Below, piece by piece: positions 48,615 through 60,399 of a stretch of DNA of 64,000 nt. The notes beneath the pieces were generated by a model that worked only from the letters and a program-made list of their open reading frames with translations, did not search any database and was not told where the DNA came from. The translations under genes were made by a program, and so were the position numbers. This stretch comes from Eledone cirrhosa (lineage: Eukaryota): assembly GCA_964016885.1 (NCBI GenBank), contig OZ024740.1:399032001-399096000 (forward strand). The letters run 5' to 3'. Within the stretch, counting starts at the first letter, position 1; every line of letters starts with the position of its first letter.

Positions 48615-51600
48615 GACTGGTTATACTTCAGGTACTCCTGTCAGGCTGTCTTTTTCGGACCCCGCTGAGGCAACCTCATACCATCTGGCCTCTGTTAAAG
48701 CTGGGCGTGAAAATCGGATTACCTTCCGAACACGCCCAGGCCTACCACCCCATGTACGTCCAAAGCTCCGTGCTGCAGCTTCCTTGAATCGGAACTCAGC
48801 ACAACATGAAAGTTTTAGTCTGCGTGATGATGGGCAGATCTGGAGGTTTGTCAAGGCTGGTGAAACGTGGAAGAGAGATACCAGCTGGTCTGAGTGTGAT
48901 CTACCCACAATAACTGGCAACGTAAAAACTGCTACAACTCTGGGAAACTAAACCAGAACAACCTGCCACCCTCTACACACCATCATAAACTGCGAGCAGG
49001 GTACAAATTGTTGTCCTTAAATGCTCGCAGTTTATGCAACAAGATACATCTGTTTGAATCCTACGTCAGAAGCATCGACTCTGACTTCATCACAGTCACA
49101 GAAACATGGGCACATTCCTTACTCTGTGATGGGGTTTTCAGCATTACTGGGTACAACCTTTTCCGCAAGGACCGCATTAATCGCCGTTGTGGTGGTGTGA
49201 TGGTCTACGTTCATTCAAACTTTTCGGTAACTCCTTGCGTTGATTTGAACGAATCACAGGAAGAAGTTTTTTTCTGTGACATACGTATGACCATGTCAAC
49301 ACTTCTGCTTGGTGTTGTTTATCGCCCCCCAAACTACCATCAGGACACACAGCTTTGCGATATCCTCAGAGTTGCTGCCAAGAAAACAGCCACTTATGTG
49401 TTTATTGCAGGTGACTTCAATCATCCTGAGATCGATTGGGAAACCTTTCGTTGGCCACAAGGTGCAAACGATTTCCTTGAACTAGTGCTGAACTCAAACT
49501 GGTCACAAGTAGTCACCTCTCCAACAAGAGGTGACAACACTTTGGACCTGATCTTCACCACTACTCCTGAAGTGGTTATCAGTTGTACTACTGAGGAACC
49601 TCTAGGCGACTCTGATCATGCTATGATCATTGCCAATCTGGCACTTGAGGGCAGCAACAAAAACCAGAGCCATCTCCAATCTGCTTGCTTTGATTGGAAG
49701 AGGGCGGATTGGAACTTGTACTGCACTGAGCTACAGCGCCCAAACTGGCATGAGATGTATAACTCTGGAGATGTGAACACTATACTCCAGAGCATCCTGG
49801 ACTCAATATGGATAGCGTGTGCAGCATCGGTGCCACATAAGCGGAAAAATAACCACCCCAAAAGTGCAATTTGGGAAACTTCAGCGGTCCGACTTGCCAG
49901 GAAAGAACGTCGGAACGCTGAACGGGGATATAAACTGCATAAATCAAATGCCAACAGAAAAAAGCGGAATAAATCTTCTAACCATCTCAAGCAAGTGACA
50001 AAGAAGGCAGTGCTTGAATTTGAACAGTGCATAGCAACCAATCCTGACAGTAAGGTGTTCTGGAAATATGTTCATTCAAAGCAGAGACCTCACTCTCCAG
50101 TTGGTCCTCTTCGCAATCCCCACACAAGCCAGATCACTGACGATCCCAAAGAATGCGCAGAACTCATTGCTGAGTGCTATGCAAGTATTTCTACTGTTGA
50201 AAACCAGAATGTACCATCTCCACCATCTCTAACATCAAATTCCATAACAACTATGGAATTTACACCTGCAATGTTGCGACGTCACCTTAAGAATAAGCGC
50301 AACTATGCCTCCCCTGGTCTTGATGGTGTGACATACCGGCTTCTCAAACGTGGCGGGTATTTCCTTTTGCTCCATCTTTCTTTCTTCTTTCAATACTGTT
50401 TCAACAATGGTGCTACTCCGGAGCAGTGGAAAACTGCCAGTGTCATTCCCCTGTTCAAAAAGGGCAACCGCATGTCACCTGTCGACTATCGTCCAGTCAG
50501 TCTTACTAGCTGTATGGCCAAACTGATGGAATCCTGTGTCAGAGAAACACTTTGGAACTTCTGGAGCTCTCACAGCCTCATCCGGCCCTCACAGTTTGGA
50601 TTTATCCCTAACTCCAGCTGCTGTGATCAGCTTATCGAGTTCCTTGAAGACATCACCCGAATCACTGACAGCGGCTCATGGGTGGATGTTGTTTACCTTG
50701 ACTTTGCGAAGGCCTTCAATTCTGTGCCACACAAAAGGCTTATGGCAAAACTCTCTGCAATGGGTGTGAAGGATGATCTTTTTAACTGGTTGAAGTCCTT
50801 CATTCTCAGTCGAAGAGAGGTAGTCACGGTTCTAGGACAGCATTCTTCACCATATGAGATGTCATCTGGTGTACCACAGGGATCTGTTCTTGGTCCCCTT
50901 TTGTTTGTGGCATATATTAATGATATAGATGCCAACTTACAGAATGCCACGGTACTGAAATATGCAGATGACATCAAGCTGTACCTTGAAATCAAAAGGA
51001 CTGATCCTGAAATTTACAACTCTTTCCTACAATCAGACCTGGACACAATGCAGCAATGGATCACAGACTGGCAACTGAAGCTGGCTGTGGACAAGTGTAC
51101 CACCATGCATTTTGGAAGGAAAAATCCAGCGTCCACATACTCCCTCCACAACACTGATATCAAGAAGTCCTCTTGTGAACGTGACCTGGGCATTACTGTC
51201 AGCAGCGATTTGCGTTGGACAAAGCATGTCTCTAAGATTGTCAAGAAGGCCGAGGGTGTCTTGGCATCACCCAACAATACCTTTGTCAGCCGCTCTCCAG
51301 CTATCTATTTAAAGCTGTATATAGCTATGGTGCGGCCACACTTAGAATTTGCATCACCAGTCTGGAACCCCCATCCTGCTCAGAATATTGACCTCCTGGA
51401 AACTGTTCAGAGATGTGCAACCAAGCGAATACCCTCCATCAGGCATCTACCATACTCTGAACGCTTTGCTTCCCTGGGCATGGATTCATTGAAGCTCCGA
51501 CGTCTGGCAATGGACTTGGTGAATACCTACAAAGTTATTAACCATCTCGCCAATTGCAACCCTGAGCACCTTTTTGATCTACATGTGTCTAACACACGTG

Positions 51601-52067
51601 GACATGCCTACAAAATCAGAAAACAGCACAGCTCCCATGACTTCTGTAGACATTTTTTCACGCTCAGAGTTGCTGAAGCATGGAACAAACTGCCTGCGTC
51701 AGTTGTTAGCTGCCGAGACACTGCATCCTTTAAGACACTCATGCTTCCCGAAATACGTCAAAACTACACCTGATGTACCTCTTCCATACACATGCACACG
51801 TGTGTATCATGACTCGTGCACTGTTCATTTTACTGATGTTTGTGCATTGCCCTATGTACTGTACATGCACTTTTTGATGAGTTGTGGTGCACCTGGGCAC
51901 TGTACACAATATTTCATTATTATTATTATTATATCATGACTCATACACTGTTCATTTTCCTGACATTTGTACATTATTCTATGTACTATACATGCACCTT
52001 TGATGAGTTGTAGTGCACCTGAGCACTGTACACAATAATTTCATTATTATTATTATTATTATTATTA
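48615..52067 (+). mobile_element. CR1-clade LINE, 5'-truncated in ORF1, with (ATT)n tail and a second 3' UTR copy at 51933-52067
   Basis: An ORF1-like remnant ends ..TATTLGN* at 48951, followed by an intact ORF2 and two UTR+(ATT)n blocks. Confidence 0.88.
49008..51773 (+). CDS. CR1-type ORF2 (APE endonuclease plus RT), intact, no upstream ATG
   Basis: Motifs LNARSL, VTETW, VYRPP, GDFNHP, LDLIF, SDH, YRPVSLTS, YLDFAKAF, GVPQGSVLGP, KYADD, ERDLG, VRPHLEFASPVWNP, TRGH..K and FFTLRV..WNKLP. Confidence 0.9.
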   Translation: MLSLNARSLCNKIHLFESYVRSIDSDFITVTETWAHSLLCDGVFSITGYNLFRKDRINRRCGGVMVYVHSNFSVTPCVDLNESQEEVFFCDIRMTMSTLLLGVVYRPPNYHQDTQLCDILRVAAKKTATYVFIAGDFNHPEIDWETFRWPQGANDFLELVLNSNWSQVVTSPTRGDNTLDLIFTTTPEVVISCTTEEPLGDSDHAMIIANLALEGSNKNQSHLQSACFDWKRADWNLYCTELQRPNWHEMYNSGDVNTILQSILDSIWIACAASVPHKRKNNHPKSAIWETSAVRLARKERRNAERGYKLHKSNANRKKRNKSSNHLKQVTKKAVLEFEQCIATNPDSKVFWKYVHSKQRPHSPVGPLRNPHTSQITDDPKECAELIAECYASISTVENQNVPSPPSLTSNSITTMEFTPAMLRRHLKNKRNYASPGLDGVTYRLLKRGGYFLLLHLSFFFQYCFNNGATPEQWKTASVIPLFKKGNRMSPVDYRPVSLTSCMAKLMESCVRETLWNFWSSHSLIRPSQFGFIPNSSCCDQLIEFLEDITRITDSGSWVDVVYLDFAKAFNSVPHKRLMAKLSAMGVKDDLFNWLKSFILSRREVVTVLGQHSSPYEMSSGVPQGSVLGPLLFVAYINDIDANLQNATVLKYADDIKLYLEIKRTDPEIYNSFLQSDLDTMQQWITDWQLKLAVDKCTTMHFGRKNPASTYSLHNTDIKKSSCERDLGITVSSDLRWTKHVSKIVKKAEGVLASPNNTFVSRSPAIYLKLYIAMVRPHLEFASPVWNPHPAQNIDLLETVQRCATKRIPSIRHLPYSERFASLGMDSLKLRRLAMDLVNTYKVINHLANCNPEHLFDLHVSNTRGHAYKIRKQHSSHDFCRHFFTLRVAEAWNKLPASVVSCRDTASFKTLMLPEIRQNYT

Positions 52068-52689
52068 TAAGCCACCAGCTAGCTACCTCACTGTGACAGG
52101 TATGACCTGTCAATATGTTTGACATCAATCATGGCATATTTGTAGTGGGGAAAGAAAGCAAATATACAATTTCTAACAGGTCAAGTAGACCCTTTAATTG
52201 TTTCTAATGTAGACATAAGACAAGCAATTTTTGTGAGGAGGATGAAGTTGATTATATCAATCCAAGTAGTTTAGGGTACTTTATTTTTATAGACTCTCCC
52301 ACCCCCTATCTCGAAGGATGAAAAGTAAACTTGAGCTCTTCCGGGGTTTGAAATCAGAATGTAAAGTGCCTTAATGCATTTTTGTCCAACACTGGGGATT
52401 CTGCTAGTCCACTAATAATGATAAAAAAAGTAACAGAATCTGCCCCTCCCTCACATTATATTTATATATATTTATTTATTTTGTCGCTTGTTCCTGTTTT
52501 GTCCCATTCCATACTTATTTCTTTGCATTTGAGTTATCACATTCCAACACAACACTGTATTCTGTCATCCCTTGCTTTGGTTTACTAATATATGTGCGTG
52601 TGTGTGTGTGTGTGTGCCGGGTTCAATCGGGATTAATCACAGTAATGTACTCAATACATAGCAGAGTATAAATATTTAATATAGAAATG

Positions 52690-52986
52690 GCTTCTACAGG
52701 ACTAGAACTGTTTCATTGGAAGGAAATCATCAGGAAAGATGACTGTCAATGTGATATGGTGGTATTTATACATTTTCTGGTGGCAGGGGAAGGAATGCCT
52801 GCATTTGTATCATTCTGTATCACTGTATATTTTTCTCTGAGTATAGTTTTTTGCCAATGATCTTCACCCATTCCAATCACCACCTTCCTCTACAACAAGA
52901 AAATGTATAAATACCACCATATCACATCGACGATCGGCTTTCCTGATGATTTCCTTCGAATGAAACAGTTCTAGTCCTGTAGAAGC
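52690..52986. mobile_element. MITE/foldback with ~105-bp imperfect inverted arms
   Basis: GCTTCTACAGGACTAGAACTGTTTCATT... and ...AATGAAACAGTTCTAGTCCTGTAGAAGC. Confidence 0.75.
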
Positions 52987-53290
52987 TATATATATATATA
53001 TATATATATATAAAGGCATACAATACAACAGGAGGAAACATAATAGCACCACTGACGATGTTGCAGATGTGCAACGAAAGAACTTTGTTAGACTATATGT
53101 GTTTGTGTCTATATTGTATCTGTATTTTTGACCGTTGGTCAGTCATTGGTAACATTGAGGACCGAATAAATTAAATTAACTGATATAAAAGACACAGAAA
53201 CGAAAACCAACCAAACAGTGAGTGTTTTCTGTTATTAATTCTGGCAATATTATTACACAAATATGACCCTCCCCAAGTATAACAATATAT

Positions 53291-55040
53291 ATCATCATCA
53301 TCATCATCATCACCGTTTTACGTCTGTTCTTCCACGCTAGCATGGGTTAGACGGGTTGTCCTGTTGTGGACAGTGTCTGGTCGGCTGACCATGCCTTGCT
53401 CATACAGGAACTGATTTGGCTTGATTTCTACAGCTGGATGCCCTTCCTAACACCAATCTCATTTACAGTGAGTGCTGGGTGCTTTTTCGTGGCGCCTACA
53501 CGTGCACTTTACAGTGTGGGCTGGGTGCTTTTTTGCCGTGGCACCTCCACGACCACCTTGCGGTGGGGTGGGGGGCATATTGTCTATATGCTTCAGCTTG
53601 TACCCATGGGAGGTTGGGTACTCTGTATTACTGCGTGACGCCAGAAGTCACGGTCGTGTGTCATTGTCTTTGAGAGGTGTAATTGGGTAAGGTCGGCTTT
53701 TATCACCTCATCCCAGGTCATCTTGGGTCTCCCACTCCGCGGTTTCCATCAACTTCTAGTGCTCTGCACCTTTTTATGCAGCTGTCATCCTTCATACGCA
53801 TCACATGTCCATACCAGCGCAACCGCCTCTCCTGCACACAGCATTTGATTCCTCTTATGCTCAGTCTCTCTCTCAATTCATTTATGCTTTATCGTTCACG
53901 TATATTACTGTTACACATCCATCGGAGCATGCAGGCTTCGTTTCTCTCTAATCTCCGTAAGTCTTCCACCTTCAGCGCCCAGGTTTCACTACCATGCAAC
54001 ATCGCTGTTCGGATACACGCATCATACAGTCTGCCTTTCATTCTGAGGGAGAAGCCTTTTGCAGCTAGCAGTGGTAGTAGTTCCCTAAACTTCTTCCATC
54101 CCGTTCTTACCCTAGTTATTGTACTTTCTGAACACCCACCTCCGCTGTTAATTCGGTCACCTAGGTAGCAGAAGCTGTCTACTGTTTCTACAGGGCCCTC
54201 CCAGAGATTGGTGGTACTTGTTTCCTGTGGCTGTTTGCTGCTTGCTGTCTCAGCACAGCTGCTGCATGTGAATCCTACATTCTTAATTAAGCTTCATGAG
54301 ATCCCGCTACATCTCTTGTGTACCCATTGTTTGCATTTGGGGCAGAGAATGGAGTTCCTACCTACACCTTTCCTACATACTGAGCAAGGCCATTTCCCTG
54401 AGGGGATCTGGGTTCTGTTTTCTCGTCTACTTACAAGGACCTTAGTCTTTGTCATGTTGACTTTGAGACCCTTTCTTTCTAGTCCCTGCTTCCAAGTTTG
54501 GAATTTATTCTCTAGTTCTACCATAGATTCAGCTATGAGTGCGAGGTCATCAGCATACAGGAGTTCCCATGGGCATCTGTACTTAAACTCCTCCGTTATT
54601 GCCTGCAGGACTATGATGAACAGGAGAGGGCTAAGAACAGAGCCCTGGTGGACCCCAACCTGTATGCTAAATTCCTCGCTATACTCATTGCTAATCCTAA
54701 CTTTGCTGACTGCTCCCCTATACATGGCTTGTACCGCTTTCACAAGCCATTCATCTACTCCTAGTTTTCTAAGAGCCCACCAGATTACAGCACGTGGAAC
54801 TCTGTCAAAGGCTTTCTCAAGGTCGACAAATGCCAAGTAGAGTGGCTTACTTTTAGCTAGGTACTTTTCCGTACTTTTCCCGTAATTGCCTCACAAGGAA
54901 GAGGGCATCAGTGGTGCCTCTTCCTGGTACAAACCCAAATTGCATCTCAGTCTATTTTCACCCAGTCCCTAATCAGTTGTGCTATAACTCTTTCTGTTAC
55001 TTTCATGACCTGGTCCATCAACTTTATACCTCTATAGTTT
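53291..55040 (-). mobile_element. RTE family A, 5'-truncated
   Basis: ORF 54294-54836 contains FVDLEKAFD, YADD and the PHD insert. Full 3' UTR and (GAT)n tail; TA-repeat flanks. Confidence 0.93.
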
Positions 55041-55625
55041 ATATATATATATATAAACTACAAGATCCATGTTTATATTAGATTGTTCTAACTTTTCATT
55101 GCTTTCTCTGTGATAAGAGACAACTAATTGACAAGCGATAACAGCATACATAAAAAAAATTAGTTGTGGCTTTTTTCCTTACTCTTGTTTCTAATGAATA
55201 GTAAATATACTTTGTTGGAAAAACTTTTAGGTGTTGATTTGTTGTATTAAAGATTGTTTTGTCAACCTCCCCTCTGCTTAATCTTGTTAAAATATCTTTT
55301 TACTTACCCTTACTTAGATCAAACCTTCCTTTCTTATAAATAATTCATGGCTTATTTTTGTTTTGCTTACTATTCTCATGTTATTTACTATTTCACCTGA
55401 AGGGTTGACATAAGTATATTACATACTAAACTATGTATGCTCATGTGTAGAGGAAATAAACAAGATTTTTAAGTAGTTCAAGGACGACTACATTTTAGTT
55501 ATGCCTTCAGCTCGTTTTTAAAATTAACCTACTTTATTCTCATGTGGCATGTTAGCATATATAATTTATGAAACCAAATTTAGTTTTTTTGAGAAGGTAT
55601 AGGCGAGTATTTAGTATTTGATTAA

Positions 55626-55819
55626 CTCTTAACATCCTGATTTAGCAGAAAATATCTAAAAACAGGCTTGTTAATTCAATTAGTATCTTTACTAGTTGAT
55701 AGATCATTGGGAAAAATTGCAGTAAATTAAAAGTAAAGACTTTAATTTATAGTATGATGCAGTCATCGTGCTGGAATGTCTTGCTAATGTGGTTTCATGT
55801 GGTATGGAATGTTAAAGAG
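55626..55819. mobile_element. TTAA-flanked MITE (piggyBac-type ends); related degenerate copy at ~43405-43623
   Basis: TTAA|CTCTTAACATCC...GGAATGTTAAAGAG|TTAA. Confidence 0.65.
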
Positions 55820-56311
55820 TTAAATTTATATATACAATTAATGCTAATCTATATACTGCTAAAACTCTGATTGTGTGCTTGTCTGTAATGTAATACAGCC
55901 AAAACCACGTATAATGGGGAAATACTTTGAAAGGAAGTTGCCCCTGAAATGGGAAAACAAATGGAATAAAACAAGTTTTGGCCTAGATACTGTGTTTTTC
56001 CGTGTACCTTCATAAATAGAGAGAAAGAGATAGTGGTTATGAGAGAGTAGATTGAAAATTTCATTTTACATTATATAAATGTCTATATATATTTTAATTA
56101 TTTCAAAATTATTTTTAAGTGAGCATGATTTTTTAAAAATATTTTAAAGTGAATGTGACCCGTTGGGTCTTGGGTGGTCTAGTATTTTATCACTTTTGAT
56201 TGAATGAAAAGCAAAGTACATCCTCAATAAAATTTGAACTCAAAATATATTATCAAGTAGTTAGTTATTTGCTTTCTACAGTGACTTTCTTTCAACTTTG
56301 GTATATGTTTA

Positions 56312-59300
56312 TGTGGTTAGAAAAAGCTATCTCACTTACCGCTTTTCATAGGCGCCGCTAAATCCCATGGCTGGTTTCTCCTCTTCCACGTGCGTACGAT
56401 CCAACTCATTAACACCGAGAGCTGCCAAACTCGCGTCCACCACGTTCCTGATCACCGCTAGAGAGAGGCCGACCTGCTGGCCCTTCCGGTCGAGCACTCC
56501 CCAGCTTCCGGCCACCACACACCACACCATACCCACACGCCCCCCTGATCTCAAGGATCAATTTCCCCCTCGTCCTTCTGCATATGAAAGTCTGCTGTCC
56601 GGGTTGGTAGTTTGCGACTTCTTTGCAATCTCCGCAGTGTTGGGGCGGCACTTTGAGTTTCCTCTTCCTCGGAGTCCGTTGACGCAGTGATTCTACGGAC
56701 GTCCAGGACATGACGTGGTACTCTGTCCACGGAAAAATTGTTCTGGGAATTTACGGCCGTCACCGTTCCCCTTCCCCATTGAGATGTGCAATGTGCATCT
56801 GGGGGCTTAACCCAGACTTCTTCGCCCACCTGCACAAATGCATTCTCACTCTCCACTGGCCGTTGTGGTGGCGTGCACGGGTGCCGCCACTCATATCTGA
56901 ATACTGCTCTGTGTGGCACCGATTCCTCAACCTGTCCTACCCGAGAGGACATGTTGTACCAGAACACTGCCTCCATTGGTGAGATGTGGCCCCGCTCCGC
57001 CATTGCTTTGATCGTCCGGAGGTGTCGCTCCACGATTCCATTTCCGCTCGGCCTGTACGCTGCTCTGAAGAAACGGTCCACCTTCCATCCATTGAGCATC
57101 TCCCTCAGCGCCTCCGAGCGGAATGTTGCACTGTTGTCCATCAGCAGTTCGTCCACAGGGCCCCGCTCCAAGAACACCTCTCACAAAATGATTTCCTCGG
57201 CCGTTCCAGTCTTCATCTCCCTCCATATTGCCATCCGTACCGGTCCACAGTCGACCATCGAGAGGTACGTTCCCTGTCGGTAGTGTGTTACATCCACCGC
57301 CAATCGCTTCCAGTCGCGATCCACCGGGAGGCTTCCCGTTTCGTGCACACCCGGGGCGGGATCAATGGACTGACGCAGCCTCTAACCACTCTTTGAACAC
57401 TGTGTCTGTTAACGTCCGAGTCAATTCTCCTGGCTAGGAACAGAGTCCTATCTACTCCCATGTGGTGCATGTCATGCAACCCTTTCAGATCCGACTCGGT
57501 CAGCCGACACACGGCAGCTATCTCCTCCAGCGCTTCCATCCAGGCTTTCTTCATCCTGGTTAGGACGTTCGTCCTATTTTTCTCTGAGGGCACGAAAACT
57601 ACGCTCAGCCTCAGGTCGAACTCGGTGGCCTAAAGTTCCCAGGCGGCGCTTTATCAGCATCTCTGCCGCCCCTCTCGTTTGCACTCTCTTCTCACTGGTG
57701 AGCACTGATTCAGCCATCCAAGTACAGTAGCCGAGTCGGTGCGTATCTCGATGGTGCACAGTCCCCACCTTAGGGCGAGGTTCACCCCTCTCAACACCGC
57801 GTCCAGCTCGGCCACATTGATGTGGTTGCAGTCATCCTTCTTCCTAAGCCAGGCTGCATCCTCGACCTCAGCACCTCCTACCTCCAACGTGACACCCAGC
57901 GCTATGCTGCTGGCATCGCACCATACGGTCCTGCTCTGCGATTTGGGAACATACCAGCGTCCCCGCATTGGGTCGTCTGCCTTCACCCTCTCCACAATCT
58001 CCTGTATCATGGCCACCATCCTCTCTCCCACTCTGTCACTCCAAGTCACCTCTCCCACTCGTCTCTTGACATAGCTGCATGCCATCCGGAGCCACCCAGC
58101 AATCGGGTAGTGACCCACCAACTTTCCACACACCGAGAAAAGCTCCCACCTACTCATACAGTTCTGGAACTTCATTTCCCCTCTGGAATACTAAGACGCC
58201 CGTCCTGTCTCGCTGTAGCCTAAGTCCCAGCGCGGCTCCTCCCTCCAACGCTTCTGACGGCTTTGCAGCTAGTCCATACCCCTGTAAATGGCTTGTGACC
58301 TCCGCCGCCGACACTACAGACTCGTCCACTAGGATGTCATCAATGTAGGAATTAGTGGGCCTCCTCATCTTGTCGGCTTTTCCCAGAATGGTCTTGAGGA
58401 CCGCCGCCATGATCTTCGGTGCAGAGCTCAGCCCGAAACCGAGCCTGGTCAGGCAATAAGTCCGGCCCTTATACCTGACCAGCTGATACTGCCAGAGCTT
58501 TCATCTATATGCAATTGCAAGTATGCCGACTTTAGATCTACGATTGCGGAACCCCCCGTCATGCATCTCCACTCACGCAGGGTTTCCCCATAGACATCCG
58601 TGACCTCGCCACCCGTGTGGCATGACACGTGCTCGTTCAGCTCCTGAAAGTCCAGTACCGGCCTCACCTTGTTCTTCGTGGGTTGCGCCACCGCCATTAA
58701 CGGCAATACTCCGCACTTCACCTCCTCTTTCCAGGGAAGCAGTATGCCCTCCTCAATTCATCTCTCTCGCTCGAACTCGCTCCTAATGTCTCCCTTCAAT
58801 GTGTGTTGATAGCAGCCCACTTTGGTCTTCAGTGTTGGTGGTTCTCCCTTCCAGTATCACTCAACAACCCATCGCTGCCCATTGAACACAGCCTTGAAGT
58901 CTTTGTCCTGCACAGTGTAAGCGGGGTATTTCTCCTCATGGGCCTTCTGGTTCTCCTGTCGCGTACTCACAGCGCATACCGATGCGGCGCTGCCAAACGA
59001 CACACCGACGTTGTTCACTGTGACGCCTCCTAGACGGCCAATTGCATCCATGCCCATAACCACGCCGATCCCATCCACCACGTCGACTACGATGGCAAAA
59101 AGCCTTATTTTCCTTCCCCTTACCGCCATTTCCACCTCGCTGTGACCTCGGCATTCAATTTTCCTACCGTTGACTGCCCTTACGCTGCTCTTCCCTCTCC
59201 ACCTCTGCGCCACCCCCGCGGTCACCAGTGTTGTCGTACAGCCCTTGTCCACGAGGGCTCGCTGTGGCTTTCCCCTCACGAAGACTTCCACCACGGGCAG

Positions 59301-60399
59301 CGCCTCTACTCGTAAGGGGCAACTACCGGTGCAGTAGTTCCCCTTGGATCGTTTTCCTGGTCACTTACACCGGTAGCATATTATTTCCGGCCTTGACTCT
59401 CTATAGTCTCTCGCTATGTGCGGGCCCTGGCACCTAAAACAGCGACCTCTAAACGTTCGCGGGCGACCGCGTGCCGTGGTGCCTCCCTTTCACCATTTCG
59501 CTGCCAGCTGTCTTGGGCCTCTGTAGTTGCCATCGCCGCAACACTCTTCTTGGCATCTTCTGCTATGATGCGGGCTTGCTCCACCAGTGCACGCATCTCC
59601 ATTTCTTTGTAACCCGAGACTTGCTGTAGTTTTACCGCTATGTCGTCTGGAAATCCATTTATGAATGCCAACCGCACCGTGCATTCGCATTCCGCCTGAT
59701 ATCCAGCCAACATGGCCAGTCGCCGTATTTCCGCTGTGAAAATGTCAACGCGTTCACCGTTCCATCTAATTCTTGCCAGCTTAGCAAAAGCGGCCAACGG
59801 TCCCTCCGCGAACGCTTCTATCATGCACCTCTCGATCTTTTGCTGTCCCTTTGGCTGTGTTCATCCATTTCAAGGAAGAGTACCAACGTGTCCCCCTCGA
59901 GGTACAGTGCCATGAGGCCAGCCACATCTTCAATCTTCTGTAAGCTTGCGACCAGCTGGACTTTTCGCAGCCAAGCGACATCGCCTTCACCGGTAAATGC
60001 CCTAATCGTTTTGCTCGTTCGTAGTCTCATCGCCATCCTAATTTGTCTTGCGGTATATAATAAAAAAAAAAACCTGTTTTTCCAGTAGCTTTGTTTTCGA
60101 GAAAGTTTTTTTTTTTATCAGATCTCAGTTTCCAGTGCCGAAATAGCTTGTGGTTAGATAAAGCTATCTCACTTACCGCTTTTCATAGGCACAGCTAAAT
60201 CCCATGGCTGGTTTCTCCTCTTCCATGTGCGTACGATCCAACTCATTAACACCGAGAGCTGCCAAACTCGCGTCCACCACGTTCCTGATCACCGCTAGAG
60301 AGAGGCCGACCTGCTGGCCCTTCCAGTCGAGCACCCTTCCGGTTGAGCACCCTTCTGGTCAAGCACTCTTCCGGTCGAGCACACCACACCATACCCACA
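56312..60399 (-). mobile_element. Compact full-length Gypsy-like LTR retrotransposon with frameshifted coding regions
   Basis: LTRs at 56312-56537 and 60149-60399 (TG...CA), 5-bp TSD GTTTA (56307-56311 / 60400-60404), and PPT GAGATCAGGGGGGCG. Domain order: gag (60036-59330), PR (ALVDKGC), RT (VDLKSAYLQ, YIDD), RH (WCDAS, HINVAEL, RTDS), IN (HHMGVDRT, LMDN, GNGIVER). Confidence 0.93.

Noticed and set aside
52940-52980. CTGATGA...GAAAC as a hammerhead within the MITE arm
   Set aside because: Stem II lacks a closing pair and stem I cannot form convincingly.
53366-54840. Plus-strand ORFs over the RTE, and similar antisense ORFs over the other LINEs and the LTR element
   Set aside because: Antisense shadows of retroelement coding sequence.
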